Assembly (NCBI GenBank): GCA_938002605.1
Contig: CALLAF010000025.1
Coordinates: 56,638 to 120,637 of the forward strand
Origin: an uncultured Rhodobacteraceae bacterium
GTDB taxonomy: Bacteria > Pseudomonadota > Alphaproteobacteria > Rhodobacterales > Rhodobacteraceae
Direction: 5' to 3'
Length of the DNA: 64,000 nt
The notes beneath the pieces were generated by a model. The model did not search any database and was not told the origin of the DNA. It saw only the letters and a program-made list of their open reading frames with translations. Positions 26,585-36,399 of the stretch are shown here, piece by piece (within the stretch, counting starts at the first letter, position 1; each line of letters starts with the position of its first letter). Position numbers and translations under genes: made by a program.

Positions 26585-28090
26585 ATGTTCCAAAGCGATA
26601 GCTTTATGCGTCGCTTTGCAAAAGACGAAGACGGCGGCGTTATCGTTATGACGTTGTTGCTGCTGATCACCATGCTGATCATGGGCGGCATGGCTGTCGA
26701 CTTTATGCGTTTTGAATCGCGGCGCGCCGAATTGCAAAGCGTTGCAGACCGCGCGGTGCTTGCCGCGGCCGAGCTTGACCAAGAGCTTGACGCCGAAGCC
26801 GTTGTTATCGATATGTTTGAAAAAACCGGCTACGGCGACAACATCGTCGATACGTCGATTAACGATATGTCATCATCACGATCAGTTTCGGTCACATCAG
26901 CGCTCGACATTAACACCTTCTATCTACGCCTTGCTGGCATTGATACACTATCTGTCCCCGCACGATCTGCAGCGATTGAAGGTGCCGGCAATATCGAAAT
27001 TTCGCTTGTTCTTGATATCTCAGGTTCAATGAGCAGTAGCGCGACAGACGCGGATGGGAATTCGACAAACCGGATTTCTCTGCTGCAAGAAGCTGCGGGA
27101 AACTTCATCGATGAATTGCTCACCGAAGAATACGAAGATCAGATTTCAATGTCGCTTGTCGCCTATTCGCAGCACGTCAACATTGGCGACGACATTTATG
27201 ATGCGCTAAATACTACTCCCGACACGATTTTCGAAATACCCACCGACGAGGCACTAGAAGAAAGTCTTCGCGTCGGTCGCTGGTATACCAACCCAAGCCG
27301 GTGTGTGGACTTCCTTGATAGCGAATTCGAAACCACAACGTTCGACACCGAACGCACCTATAGCCAAGTAGAGACTTTCGACCACTATTCTGGTAGCGGA
27401 ACAAGCTGGCTTAACCGACCACTGTGCCCCGCAACAGTTGAAGGTGGCATGCAAACACATATCATCCCACTCTCGCAAGACGGCACCGAACTAAAAGCAG
27501 CTATCAACAGCTATGTACCCACCACGTTTACAGCGATCCACTTGGGTATGAAATGGGGCGTGTCCCTGCTCGACCCGTCTATGCGCAGCCTGTTTGCATC
27601 AATGGGCAGCATTGACCCAGAGTTTTCAGGCACACGCCCGTCTAACTACTCTGCCAACGGTGACGGTATTTCTACAGTGAAATACGTTGTTCTGATGACG
27701 GATGGCCAAAACGTGGCCGGTAAACGCATTCGCGATAGCTACTACGACACTTATGCCGAACGCCTGATTTGGGGCACCTACCCGCACGCTTATTGGTATA
27801 AGTGGAACAACTACGACGACATCGAACCCGTTATTCCCCGCGAAAGTGAAAATACCGTGTCTTACACAGGTTACTCTGCGACTGACGCAAACAACCAGTT
27901 GGATTCGATTTGTACCGCGGCTAAGTCTCAGGACATCACAGTGTTCGCCATCGCGATGGGTTCAGGTAGTTCGCAAATGGAAAGTTGCGCATCTTCGTCT
28001 GCGCATTATTTCACAACCCAAGGTGACGAGCTGACAGCCATCTTTGCAGCTATTGCAGAGCAGATCACTGAACTACGGTTGAGCCTATGA
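26585..28090 (+). CDS. TadG-like Flp-pilus assembly (pseudopilin-like) protein with a vWA domain
   Basis: N-terminal TadE/G-like helix DEDGGVIVMTLLLLITMLIMGGMAVDFMR. vWA MIDAS motif LVLDISGSMS. Start uncertain (ATGs at 26558, 26585 and 26606). Confidence 0.78.
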   Translation: MFQSDSFMRRFAKDEDGGVIVMTLLLLITMLIMGGMAVDFMRFESRRAELQSVADRAVLAAAELDQELDAEAVVIDMFEKTGYGDNIVDTSINDMSSSRSVSVTSALDINTFYLRLAGIDTLSVPARSAAIEGAGNIEISLVLDISGSMSSSATDADGNSTNRISLLQEAAGNFIDELLTEEYEDQISMSLVAYSQHVNIGDDIYDALNTTPDTIFEIPTDEALEESLRVGRWYTNPSRCVDFLDSEFETTTFDTERTYSQVETFDHYSGSGTSWLNRPLCPATVEGGMQTHIIPLSQDGTELKAAINSYVPTTFTAIHLGMKWGVSLLDPSMRSLFASMGSIDPEFSGTRPSNYSANGDGISTVKYVVLMTDGQNVAGKRIRDSYYDTYAERLIWGTYPHAYWYKWNNYDDIEPVIPRESENTVSYTGYSATDANNQLDSICTAAKSQDITVFAIAMGSGSSQMESCASSSAHYFTTQGDELTAIFAAIAEQITELRLSL

Positions 28091-28653
28091 TTCAGCGTTT
28101 TTGGGGTAAAATACGCACATTCAGCGGTGACGACTCTGGCGTTGTTACCGTTGAATTCCTGATCGTGTTTCCAATCTTTTTTGGCTTCTTCCTGATGACT
28201 TACGAGATGGGTATCATTTCACTGCGCAATGTCATGCTGGAACGCGGCATTGACATGGCCGTGCGCGAAGTACGGATCGGTGCAATGCCAAACCCAACAA
28301 GCGAGCTCCTTAAGGAGAGTATTTGCGAGTACGCAGAAATTCTGCCCGATTGTGAAAACCAAATAGAACTGGAAATGATCGTCCGCGACGTGCGCGCATG
28401 GGTGGATATTCCCACTGATGTCGCGTGCATCGATCGCAGCGTGACAACCCAAGCCAACGTCGATTTTTCAAACCTTGCGAACAACGATGTCGTGTTTTTG
28501 CGCGCCTGTATTCGTATTGACCCTCTGCTGCCGACAACAGGTATTGGTAAGGCCATTGTTGACGCGGCCGAAGGCGACGACGCGGCAGGATCATCATACG
28601 CGCTGGTCGCATCAGCCTCATTCGTAGTGGAGCCATTCGCAGATGAAGATTAA
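28087..28653 (+). CDS. TadE-like pilus assembly protein
   Basis: DDSGVVTVEFLIVFPIFFGFFLMTYEMG is the TadE N-terminal motif. The start overlaps the upstream stop (ATGA). Confidence 0.8.
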   Translation: MIQRFWGKIRTFSGDDSGVVTVEFLIVFPIFFGFFLMTYEMGIISLRNVMLERGIDMAVREVRIGAMPNPTSELLKESICEYAEILPDCENQIELEMIVRDVRAWVDIPTDVACIDRSVTTQANVDFSNLANNDVVFLRACIRIDPLLPTTGIGKAIVDAAEGDDAAGSSYALVASASFVVEPFADED

Positions 28654-29230
28654 GTTACTCCTGAAAGATTTCCGCGATGACGAAAGCGGCGTTATCGCAA
28701 TTGAGCTATTGCTCGTCGTGCCAATTCTGGTTTGGGCTTTGCTGTCAACACTGGTCTATTTCGACGCGTTTAAGACTGAATCAATCACTACACGCATGAG
28801 CATGACAATCGCGGACATGTTCAGCCGTGAGACGGAGGTCGATAACACGTTTATCAATGGCGCACATGATTTGCTTGAGGCGCTGACACCCTCAGCGGAC
28901 GCACCTGATATGCGTATTACTGTCTACACATTCGACGAGAGCGACGATGAATACGACCGCGTCTGGTCGCGCAACAGGGGCAGTTACTATTCCAACCATA
29001 CGAACGCCACGTTGCGCGCAGAATCTGATCGCTTGCCTATTTTGGCAGAAGGCGACAACGCAATTCTTGTCGAAACACACACGAATTACTCAGCGCCATT
29101 TTCGATTGGTATCGGGCCTTTTTTAGAAACGAACTTGGACGATCTCAGCTTTGACACGTTCACAGTCATTCGCCCCCGTGACGGAAACGTATGTTTCATT
29201 AAAAATAACGGTGACCCACTCTGTAATTGA
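28643..29230 (+). CDS. TadE-like pilus assembly protein (second copy)
   Basis: DESGVIAIELLLVVPILVWALLSTLVYFD. Overlaps the previous gene by 11 nt. Confidence 0.75.
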   Translation: MKIKLLLKDFRDDESGVIAIELLLVVPILVWALLSTLVYFDAFKTESITTRMSMTIADMFSRETEVDNTFINGAHDLLEALTPSADAPDMRITVYTFDESDDEYDRVWSRNRGSYYSNHTNATLRAESDRLPILAEGDNAILVETHTNYSAPFSIGIGPFLETNLDDLSFDTFTVIRPRDGNVCFIKNNGDPLCN

Positions 29231-29233
29231 CAG

Positions 29234-29719
29234 TTAAAGCCGCGCTGCGGTGATGCGTAGCGCGATTTGTTCGGCCATGAATTTAGCCTGACCCGCCGAG
29301 GTCACGCCCCCGACACCAACCCGGCGTCCAAAACGCCACCAAAGCCCCGGAGCCCAAGCCCGGGGCTTTGTGTTTTTTAGTTTCAAGGTGAACCCGTTGG
29401 ACGGCTTAAACGCGAACGCCCCACGATCAACGGCCACAATTTCATCCATACGCGCCAAGACAAACCCGTTTGTAGCGCGTAATTCTGTATCGGTCAGTTC
29501 GATCACCCAAAGCGTACAGCGGCGCATCGTTTCCGCCAGCCAAAGCATCGCAACACCAAAGGCCAGCATAAACACGAGCCAAACCGGGGATGGCGGCTGC
29601 ACGAGAGCCGAATAAATCACCAATCCGCCCAATCCGAGCAAGACCCCAAAGGCGAAAATCCGGCGCACCGCAGAGGCTTGCACAGTTGCGTAAACGTCGC
29701 TTGTATCTGATTGAGACAT
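29234..29719 (-). CDS. hypothetical membrane protein (two TM helices plus a small soluble domain)
   Basis: 161 aa. The ATG is preceded by GAGGG. Hydrophobic pair FAFGVLLGLGGLVIYSAL / VWLVFMLAFGVAMLWLA. Confidence 0.6.
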   Translation of the reverse strand: MSQSDTSDVYATVQASAVRRIFAFGVLLGLGGLVIYSALVQPPSPVWLVFMLAFGVAMLWLAETMRRCTLWVIELTDTELRATNGFVLARMDEIVAVDRGAFAFKPSNGFTLKLKNTKPRAWAPGLWWRFGRRVGVGGVTSAGQAKFMAEQIALRITAARL

Positions 29720-29809
29720 CGTAACCCTCTTGTTTCGAAAGCTGATCTACCTGAAGTCGGCACGATTGCCTAGTTGCACTGAACAGCGCGGAATGCAAAA
29801 CATCGTACC

Positions 29810-30040
29810 ATGCGTTTTATGCCTCTCTTCTTTATCGTTCTGATCGGTTGTGCAGAATTCCCGGCGCTCGACGGCACGATCAGTGATGCCGCCCGTGCGG
29901 CCCCCTACCCGACGCTGAGGCAGCTCCCCCATAGCGCGACAATTGAGAGCGACGCAGATGCAGGGCTTGCTGCCCGCGTTGCGGCCTTGCAAGCCCGTGC
30001 CGCCCGGTTGCGCCAGATCGACATCGCCGCGTTGCAGTAA
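29810..30040 (+). CDS. putative small lipoprotein
   Basis: 76 aa. MRFMPLFFIVLIGC has a lipobox-like L-I-G-C. Confidence 0.45.
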   Translation: MRFMPLFFIVLIGCAEFPALDGTISDAARAAPYPTLRQLPHSATIESDADAGLAARVAALQARAARLRQIDIAALQ

Positions 30041-30096
30041 CCCGCCCCTTTCGCTAGTACGGCAATAAGACAAACCAACGATGGACGGACCCCGAC

Positions 30097-31383
30097 ATGA
30101 CGACACCACTACGCCTTGGAATTGCGGGTCTGGGCACCGTTGGCGCTGGCATCATCAAGATTGTTCAAAAACACGCAACCTTGCTCGAACAACGTGCAGG
30201 GCGCCCCATTGTGATTACTGCGGTGTCGGCGCGGTCCAAGGATAAAGATCGCGGCGTCGACCTATCCGGATTTGCTTGGGAAGATGATCCTGTTGATCTG
30301 GCCAAACGCGACGATATCGATTTGTTCATCGAGGTCATGGGCGGCCACGAAGGCCCCGCAAAAGACGCCACTGCCGCTGCGATCATCGCGGGCAAAGATG
30401 TCGTGACCGCGAACAAGGCCCTGCTTGCGATCCACGGGCAAGCGCTCGCAGAATCAGCCGAGGCAGCCGGCCGTGTAATCCGCTTTGAAGCCGCCGTCGC
30501 CGGTGGTATTCCCGTTGTCAAAGCCCTGACCGAAGGGCTTGCCGGTAACGAAATCTCGCGCGTCATGGGAGTGATGAACGGGAGCTGCAACTACATCCTG
30601 ACCCGGATGGAAAGCGCAGGGCTTAGCTATGATGCCGTCTTTGATGAGGCAAACAACCTCGGTTATCTCGAAGCGGACCCCGAACTTGACGTCGGGGGGA
30701 TCGACGCCGGGCATAAGCTGGCGCTTTTGGCGTCGATCGCCTTTGGCACACAGGTTGATTTTGACGCGATTGAACTTGAAGGGATCGGCGCGATCACCAT
30801 CGAAGACATCAACCAAGCTGCCGATATGGGCTATAAAATCAAATTACTTGGGGTCGCGCAATTGACTGGCCGTGGCCTCGAACAACGCATGTCACCCTGC
30901 CTTGTACCTGATACCTCGCCTTTGGGGCAGCTGGACGGTGGCACCAATATGGTTGTGCTTGAAGGCGACGCAGTCGGCCAAATCGTGCTGCGCGGTCCCG
31001 GCGCCGGCGAAGGCCCGACCGCAAGTGCGGTGATGGGCGATGTGATGGATATCGCGCGCGGGATGCGCATGTCGACATTCGGGCAACCCGCAAACACGCT
31101 GCGCAATGCGCGCGCGGCGCGCGCGGCGGTACCTGCACCCTATTATGTGCGGATGCAATTGGTTGATAAACCGGGTGCATTGGCCAAAGTCGCCCACGCG
31201 CTTAGCGAGGCAGGCATTTCTATCGATCGGATGCGCCAATACGGGCACCAGGAAACCGCCGCACCTGTGCTCATCGTGACCCATAAAACCACCCGCACGG
31301 CGCTAGAAGAGGCGCTTGCAGATTTTGCCAAAACCGGCGTTGTTTCGGGCACACCCGTCGCAATTCGTATCGAGCAAGTCTAA
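30097..31383 (+). CDS. hom: homoserine dehydrogenase
   Basis: 428 aa. N-terminal GLGTVGAG, catalytic domain and C-terminal ACT domain. Confidence 0.95.
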   Translation: MTTPLRLGIAGLGTVGAGIIKIVQKHATLLEQRAGRPIVITAVSARSKDKDRGVDLSGFAWEDDPVDLAKRDDIDLFIEVMGGHEGPAKDATAAAIIAGKDVVTANKALLAIHGQALAESAEAAGRVIRFEAAVAGGIPVVKALTEGLAGNEISRVMGVMNGSCNYILTRMESAGLSYDAVFDEANNLGYLEADPELDVGGIDAGHKLALLASIAFGTQVDFDAIELEGIGAITIEDINQAADMGYKIKLLGVAQLTGRGLEQRMSPCLVPDTSPLGQLDGGTNMVVLEGDAVGQIVLRGPGAGEGPTASAVMGDVMDIARGMRMSTFGQPANTLRNARAARAAVPAPYYVRMQLVDKPGALAKVAHALSEAGISIDRMRQYGHQETAAPVLIVTHKTTRTALEEALADFAKTGVVSGTPVAIRIEQV

Positions 31384-31484
31384 GCCTTCTTTCTCAGCGC
31401 GTAACGTAGCAGGTTAGCGCAAACAGTATTGCAGCCTCGTCGCAGACACGGTTTAGGAGGGTCAATTATCAAAGGATCCAGACC

Positions 31485-32450
31485 GTGACTAAAGCCGCTG
31501 ACTTCAACGACCGCTCACTCTCACTTGGGCTTGCCCGTGTTTCCGAAGCTGCGGCCATTGCCTGCACTCCGCTAATCGGGCGCGGCGATGAAAAAGCTGC
31601 CGACCAGGCAGCCGTTGACGCCATGCGCACCCAGCTTAACAAGCTTGATATCGCGGGAGTTGTGGTCATCGGCGAAGGCGAACGCGACGAAGCGCCAATG
31701 CTTTATATCGGTGAAGAAGTCGGCACCGGGACCGGCCCCGGCGTTGATATCGCGCTCGACCCGCTCGAAGGAACCACGCTAACCGCCAAAGACATGCCAA
31801 ATGCGCTTGCAGTTATCGCGATGGGGCCGCGCGGTTCAATGCTACACGCACCAGATGTCTATATGGACAAACTGGCCATTGGCCCCGGTTACGCCGAAGG
31901 CGTAGTCACGCTTGATATGTCGCCCAGCGAACGGGTGGCCGCATTGGCCGCCGTCAAAGGTTGCTCTGCACGTGATATCACCGTCTGCGTGCTTGAACGG
32001 CCGCGTCACGAAGACATGATTGCAGAACTGCGCAGCACCGGTGCCGCCATTCGATTGATTACTGATGGCGATGTCGCGGGGGTCATGCACTGCGCAGAAC
32101 CCGACGTGACAGGCATCGATATGTATATGGGCTCTGGCGGCGCCCCCGAAGGCGTGCTGGCAGCCGCCGCGCTCAAATGTATGGGCGGACAAATTTTGGG
32201 CCGCCTATTGTTCCGCAACGATGATGAACGGGGCCGCGCGGCAAAGGCCGGAATCACAGATTTTGACCGCGTTTACACCCGTGATGATCTGGTGACCGAA
32301 GATGTGATTTTTGCAGCCACAGGCGTGACCGATGGGTCGCTTGTGCACGGAATCAAACGCGAAGTCGGCTACGTCACCGCCGAAACAATCTTGATGCGGT
32401 CCAAAACCGGCTCCGTACGGCGGATGATCTACCGCAACCCGGTTTCCTGA
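31485..32450 (+). CDS. glpX: class II fructose-1,6-bisphosphatase (GlpX)
   Basis: 321 aa with GTG start. VIGEGERDEAPMLYIGE and DPLEGTT motifs. Confidence 0.93.
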   Translation: MTKAADFNDRSLSLGLARVSEAAAIACTPLIGRGDEKAADQAAVDAMRTQLNKLDIAGVVVIGEGERDEAPMLYIGEEVGTGTGPGVDIALDPLEGTTLTAKDMPNALAVIAMGPRGSMLHAPDVYMDKLAIGPGYAEGVVTLDMSPSERVAALAAVKGCSARDITVCVLERPRHEDMIAELRSTGAAIRLITDGDVAGVMHCAEPDVTGIDMYMGSGGAPEGVLAAAALKCMGGQILGRLLFRNDDERGRAAKAGITDFDRVYTRDDLVTEDVIFAATGVTDGSLVHGIKREVGYVTAETILMRSKTGSVRRMIYRNPVS

Positions 32451-32844
32451 AGACTCGTGTCAAAATCAATCTTAATGGAAAAAAGTGCTAGCTAGACTTC
32501 GTCCAGAACGCAGAGAATGACTGTTTAATCCGATCCAACATGGTGCGCACGGATCTGCCCCTATCAGGCCCTAAACATGCGCCCGCCAGTCCCAGAATTC
32601 TTGCTGAAAAGTGGTCCATAGAATTGGGGCTGGACATCGGACATCGGACATTCGCGCAATTGCAGAGAACGTCCGAAAAGTCCCACACTGCAGACTTTGA
32701 CACAAAACCTAGCAAGGTCCGTGTGGGATAAGAAGTGCTTAAGGTTTAGGCCGTTCCCGAAAGTTTTCTTCCGATATTTTATTGCGCATTCCCTAGCGTC
32801 ACCTTCGCTTACCTTTCGTCAGCTTCAAAATGACGCCACGTTCC

Positions 32845-32860
32845 GTTTACGTTAACGTCA
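32845..32860. promoter_or_regulatory. candidate operator for the downstream MerR-family regulator
   Basis: GTTTACGTTAACGTCA contains the perfect 10-bp palindrome ACGTTAACGT. It lies 67 nt upstream of the MerR-family ATG. Confidence 0.35.
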
Positions 32861-32926
32861 CCTTTGCTTGTATGCTGGGACTCATATCCGCAGGTGCATG
32901 GCAGACCATGTAACTAAGGAACGAGT

Positions 32927-33331
32927 ATGATGACGACCGAAATGATGAACATCCGCGAAATGTGCGACGCCTTTGATGTAACCCCGCGTACGCTACGTTT
33001 TTACGAATCTAAGGAACTTTTGTTCCCAACCCGCGAGGGCCAAAAACGGCTTTTCTCGAAACGAGACCGCGCGCGGTTGAAATTGATTCTACGCGGCAAA
33101 CGCTTTGGTTTCAGCCTCGAAGAAATCCGCCAGCTGCTAGACCTTTACCACATGGACGACGGCCAAGAGGCGCAGCTTTCAAAAACCTATGTCACCGCTG
33201 AACGTCACCTTGCCGATATGGAAGCGCAACGCGCCGAATTGGACGAGGCCATTTCAGAATTGAAAGAACAAATGGCCTGGGGGGCGGCAAAGCTTGCCGA
33301 ACTTGGCCATCGCAAACACGACGCGGCCTAA
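32927..33331 (+). CDS. MerR-family transcriptional regulator (LiuR-like)
   Basis: 134 aa. [29 protein letters not shown] plus a coiled-coil C-terminus. Heads an acyl-CoA catabolic operon. Confidence 0.9.
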   Translation: MMTTEMMNIREMCDAFDVTPRTLRFYESKELLFPTREGQKRLFSKRDRARLKLILRGKRFGFSLEEIRQLLDLYHMDDGQEAQLSKTYVTAERHLADMEAQRAELDEAISELKEQMAWGAAKLAELGHRKHDAA

Positions 33332-33368
33332 ACAGCCACGCATCACGCCTTTAGGGAGAGAGACGACA

Positions 33369-35147
33369 ATGCCAATTTACAACGCACCAACCAAAGACCA
33401 ACAGTTTGTCCTGCATGATCTGCTGAAAGTCAGCGAACAAGATATTCCAGGCTACGAAGACTTGGATCGCGATTTTACAGGTGCTGTACTTGAAGAATCT
33501 GGCAAAGTAGCCACAGCCGTTTTGCACCCATTGAATGTGGTGGGCGACAAAGAAGGCTGCGTTCTTGAAGATGGTGTTGTGCGCACCCCGACCGGGTTTA
33601 AGGCTGCGTTTGAACAGATGAAAGAAGGCGGCTGGACCGCTATGGATTGCGATCCCGACTATGGCGGCCAAGGCCTGCCCTACGTTATGAACTGTGCCGC
33701 GTTAGAGCCATTTGTATCCGCCAACATGGCGTTCAACATGTACCAAGGCCTGACCCACGGTGCATATTCTGCGATCCATGCACACGGCACCGATGAACAG
33801 AAACAAAAATTCCTGCCTAAAATGGTGTCGTGCGAATGGACTGGCACGATGAACCTGACCGAGCCGCATTGCGGCACGGATCTGGGCCTGATGCGTACCA
33901 AAGCCGCGCCACAGGCGGACGGCAGCTATAAAATCTCGGGTCAAAAGATTTTTATCTCAGCCGGTGATCACGATCTGGCCGAAAACATCATCCACCTTGT
34001 GCTTGCCAAAATCGAAGACGGCCCCGAAGGCATCAAAGGCGTATCCTTGTTTATCGTTCCCAAAGTGATGGTGAACGAAGATGGGTCACTGGGCGAGCGC
34101 AACGGCGTCAGCGTTGGGTCCATCGAAGAAAAAATGGGCATCCACGGCAATTCTACCTGCGTCATGAACTATGACGAAGCGACAGGTTATCTGCTGGGCA
34201 CCGAACATAAAGGCATGCGTGCCATGTTCACCATGATGAACGAAGCCCGCATTGGCGTTGGTCTACAAGGCTACGCACAAGCCGAAAGCGCCTATCAAAA
34301 CGCAGTCGCCTATGCCAATGATCGCCTACAAGGGCGCGCTGTAACCGGTGCGGAAAACCCCGATGGCCCTGCCGATCCGCTGATGGTGCACCCAGATATT
34401 CGCCGCAACCTGATGGATCAAAAATCATTCATTGAGGGCGCACGTGCATTCACGCTATGGGGCGCAAACCTGATCGACCGCGCGCACCGCAATGGTGACA
34501 AAGAGGCCGATGGGCTCGTGTCCTTGCTGACACCTGTGATCAAAGGGTTCCAAACCGACAAAGGTTTTGAATACGCAATTGCCGCGCAGCAGGTTTACGG
34601 CGGTCACGGCTATATCGAAGAATGGGGCATGTCCCAATACGCCCGCGACGCGCGTATCGCGATGATCTACGAAGGCGCAAATGGCGTGCAGGCGCTTGAC
34701 CTTGTTGGCCGCAAGCTGGCCCAAGACGGCGGCAAGCATGTCATGGCCTTCTTTGAGATGGTCAAAACATTCATCAAAGAAAACGAAGGCAATGAAGCGC
34801 TCAAGGCTGATTTCCTCGATCCACTGAAATCTGCTAGTAAAGACCTCCAAGCGGCGGGGATGTATTTCATGCAAAACGGCATGAAGAACCCGAACCATGC
34901 GCTCGCTGGGTCATATGATTTCATGCATATGCTGGGGCATGTTTGCTTTGGTCTGATGTGGGCGAAAATGGCCAAGGCCGCGATGGACGCATTGGATGGC
35001 GGCGCATCTGACACCGCATTCTATGAAACCAAAATTGCAACGGGCCGCTACTACATGGCACGCCAATTGCCCGCGACAGCCATGCACCTTGCCCGGATCA
35101 ATACCGGGGCCGATACGGTCATGGCACTGGACGCCGCAAACTTCTAA
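33369..35147 (+). CDS. long-form acyl-CoA dehydrogenase (about 592 aa)
   Basis: ACAD N, M and C domains ([19 protein letters not shown]) plus a C-terminal extension. Start at ATG 33369 after GGGAGAGAGA. Confidence 0.9.
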   Translation: MPIYNAPTKDQQFVLHDLLKVSEQDIPGYEDLDRDFTGAVLEESGKVATAVLHPLNVVGDKEGCVLEDGVVRTPTGFKAAFEQMKEGGWTAMDCDPDYGGQGLPYVMNCAALEPFVSANMAFNMYQGLTHGAYSAIHAHGTDEQKQKFLPKMVSCEWTGTMNLTEPHCGTDLGLMRTKAAPQADGSYKISGQKIFISAGDHDLAENIIHLVLAKIEDGPEGIKGVSLFIVPKVMVNEDGSLGERNGVSVGSIEEKMGIHGNSTCVMNYDEATGYLLGTEHKGMRAMFTMMNEARIGVGLQGYAQAESAYQNAVAYANDRLQGRAVTGAENPDGPADPLMVHPDIRRNLMDQKSFIEGARAFTLWGANLIDRAHRNGDKEADGLVSLLTPVIKGFQTDKGFEYAIAAQQVYGGHGYIEEWGMSQYARDARIAMIYEGANGVQALDLVGRKLAQDGGKHVMAFFEMVKTFIKENEGNEALKADFLDPLKSASKDLQAAGMYFMQNGMKNPNHALAGSYDFMHMLGHVCFGLMWAKMAKAAMDALDGGASDTAFYETKIATGRYYMARQLPATAMHLARINTGADTVMALDAANF

Positions 35148-35234
35148 GGTCGTAGGGGGTGCCGTGATTTTGCGGCGCCCCTATCCGATGATTCATCTTG
35201 GACATCGGGCACAAAAGGTTGGGAGGCCTGCACT

Positions 35235-35864
35235 ATGACCATGAAATTGCATTGCTTTGGCGAAAGCGGCCATTCGTACAAAGTTGCGATGGCCCTATCG
35301 ATGATGGACATCGAATGGGAACCCGTTTTCATTGATTTCTTCAACGGCGGATCACGCAGCCCTGAATACCGTGACCTGAACATCATGGGCGAAGCCCCGG
35401 TGTTACAAGACGGCGACCTGACGCTGACGCAATCGGGGGTGATCCTTGATTATCTCAGCTCAAAAACCGGCAAAATGGGCGGGCGGTCTGCTGATGCGCG
35501 CCGCGAAGTCCTGCGCTGGATGTTTTTTGATAACCACAAAGTGTCCAGCATCGCGGGCATTCTGCGGTTCCAGATGAATTTCCTGCCCGAAGAAAAACGA
35601 AACGCTGATGTGATTGCATTTCTATCGGCCCGCCTCGCCGGCGCGCTGAAGACGATGGACGATCAACTGACCAACCATGCATGGCTGGCAGGCGAAGATA
35701 TCACCATCGCGGATCTATCTTGTGCGGGCTACCTTTTCTACCCCGAACCCTTCAACTTTGATCGCAACGATTACCCCCATATCGACCGCTGGTTGGATAC
35801 CATCGCAGCCCAACCCGGTTGGAAACCACCCTATGAATTGATGCAAAAGGCGTTTCCCGCTTGA
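35235..35864 (+). CDS. glutathione S-transferase
   Basis: 209 aa with a thioredoxin-like N-domain and a helical C-domain. SD GGGAGG. Confidence 0.85.
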   Translation: MTMKLHCFGESGHSYKVAMALSMMDIEWEPVFIDFFNGGSRSPEYRDLNIMGEAPVLQDGDLTLTQSGVILDYLSSKTGKMGGRSADARREVLRWMFFDNHKVSSIAGILRFQMNFLPEEKRNADVIAFLSARLAGALKTMDDQLTNHAWLAGEDITIADLSCAGYLFYPEPFNFDRNDYPHIDRWLDTIAAQPGWKPPYELMQKAFPA

Positions 35865-35937
35865 AGTATAATCAATTCATATACACGTCATGGATAAGAC
35901 TGACACATACAGACTTTCTAAACTCTGGGGATCAATC

Positions 35938-36345
35938 ATGTTCACGCGCGCAGCTTTGGGCGGCATCTGGCTCTACCAGCGATATGTCTCGCCGCGTAAA
36001 GGGTTCCGATGCGCGCATTCTGTCTTGCATGGGGACGCAGGCTGTTCCGGCTATGCCAAACACACCATTCGCCAGCACGGGCTATTCCAAGCGATCCCGA
36101 TCATGCGGCAACGGTTTCGCGACTGCAAAGCAGCTTATGTTACGCTGCGAGAGCGACAGGCAGCGGACGAAAAGCGAAACACCAAAGCGAAAAAGCCCGA
36201 TAGCTGCGCCAAGCAATCTCGTGACGGGTGTTGTGATTTCGTGGCTATGGAAAGCTGCGACGGCTGCCTTTCAAGCGCTGGCCGGATCATTCCACGGACT
36301 TCAAAGCCCTGCGACGCCGATTGCGATTTCTGTAGCGGCTTCTGA
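35938..36345 (+). CDS. YidD-like (haemolytic-domain) protein with a Cys-rich C-terminal extension
   Basis: IWLYQRYVSPRKGFRCAHSVLHGDAGCSGYAKHTI...RFRDC resembles the YidD core (YQR..SP...CRF.PTCS.Y). The C-terminal 47 aa carry 9 Cys. An alternative ATG is at 35890; the ATG at 35938 has a GGGGA SD. Confidence 0.5.
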   Translation: MFTRAALGGIWLYQRYVSPRKGFRCAHSVLHGDAGCSGYAKHTIRQHGLFQAIPIMRQRFRDCKAAYVTLRERQAADEKRNTKAKKPDSCAKQSRDGCCDFVAMESCDGCLSSAGRIIPRTSKPCDADCDFCSGF

Positions 36346-36399
36346 TCGGCGCCCGTCGCACAACGATTTCTTAATTCAAAAGATCCACCGGAGGAAACT

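Noticed and set aside
32632-32652. Tandem heptamer GGACATC x3 (the last unit is GGACATT).
   Set aside because: It is too short and isolated to call a functional repeat, and is most likely slippage noise.
32488-32715. 75-aa - strand ORF (and the 63-aa + strand ORF at 32540-32731) in the 475-bp gap after glpX.
   Set aside because: TTG start, no SD, and mutually overlapping frames with no motif. I treat the region as non-coding or promoter DNA.
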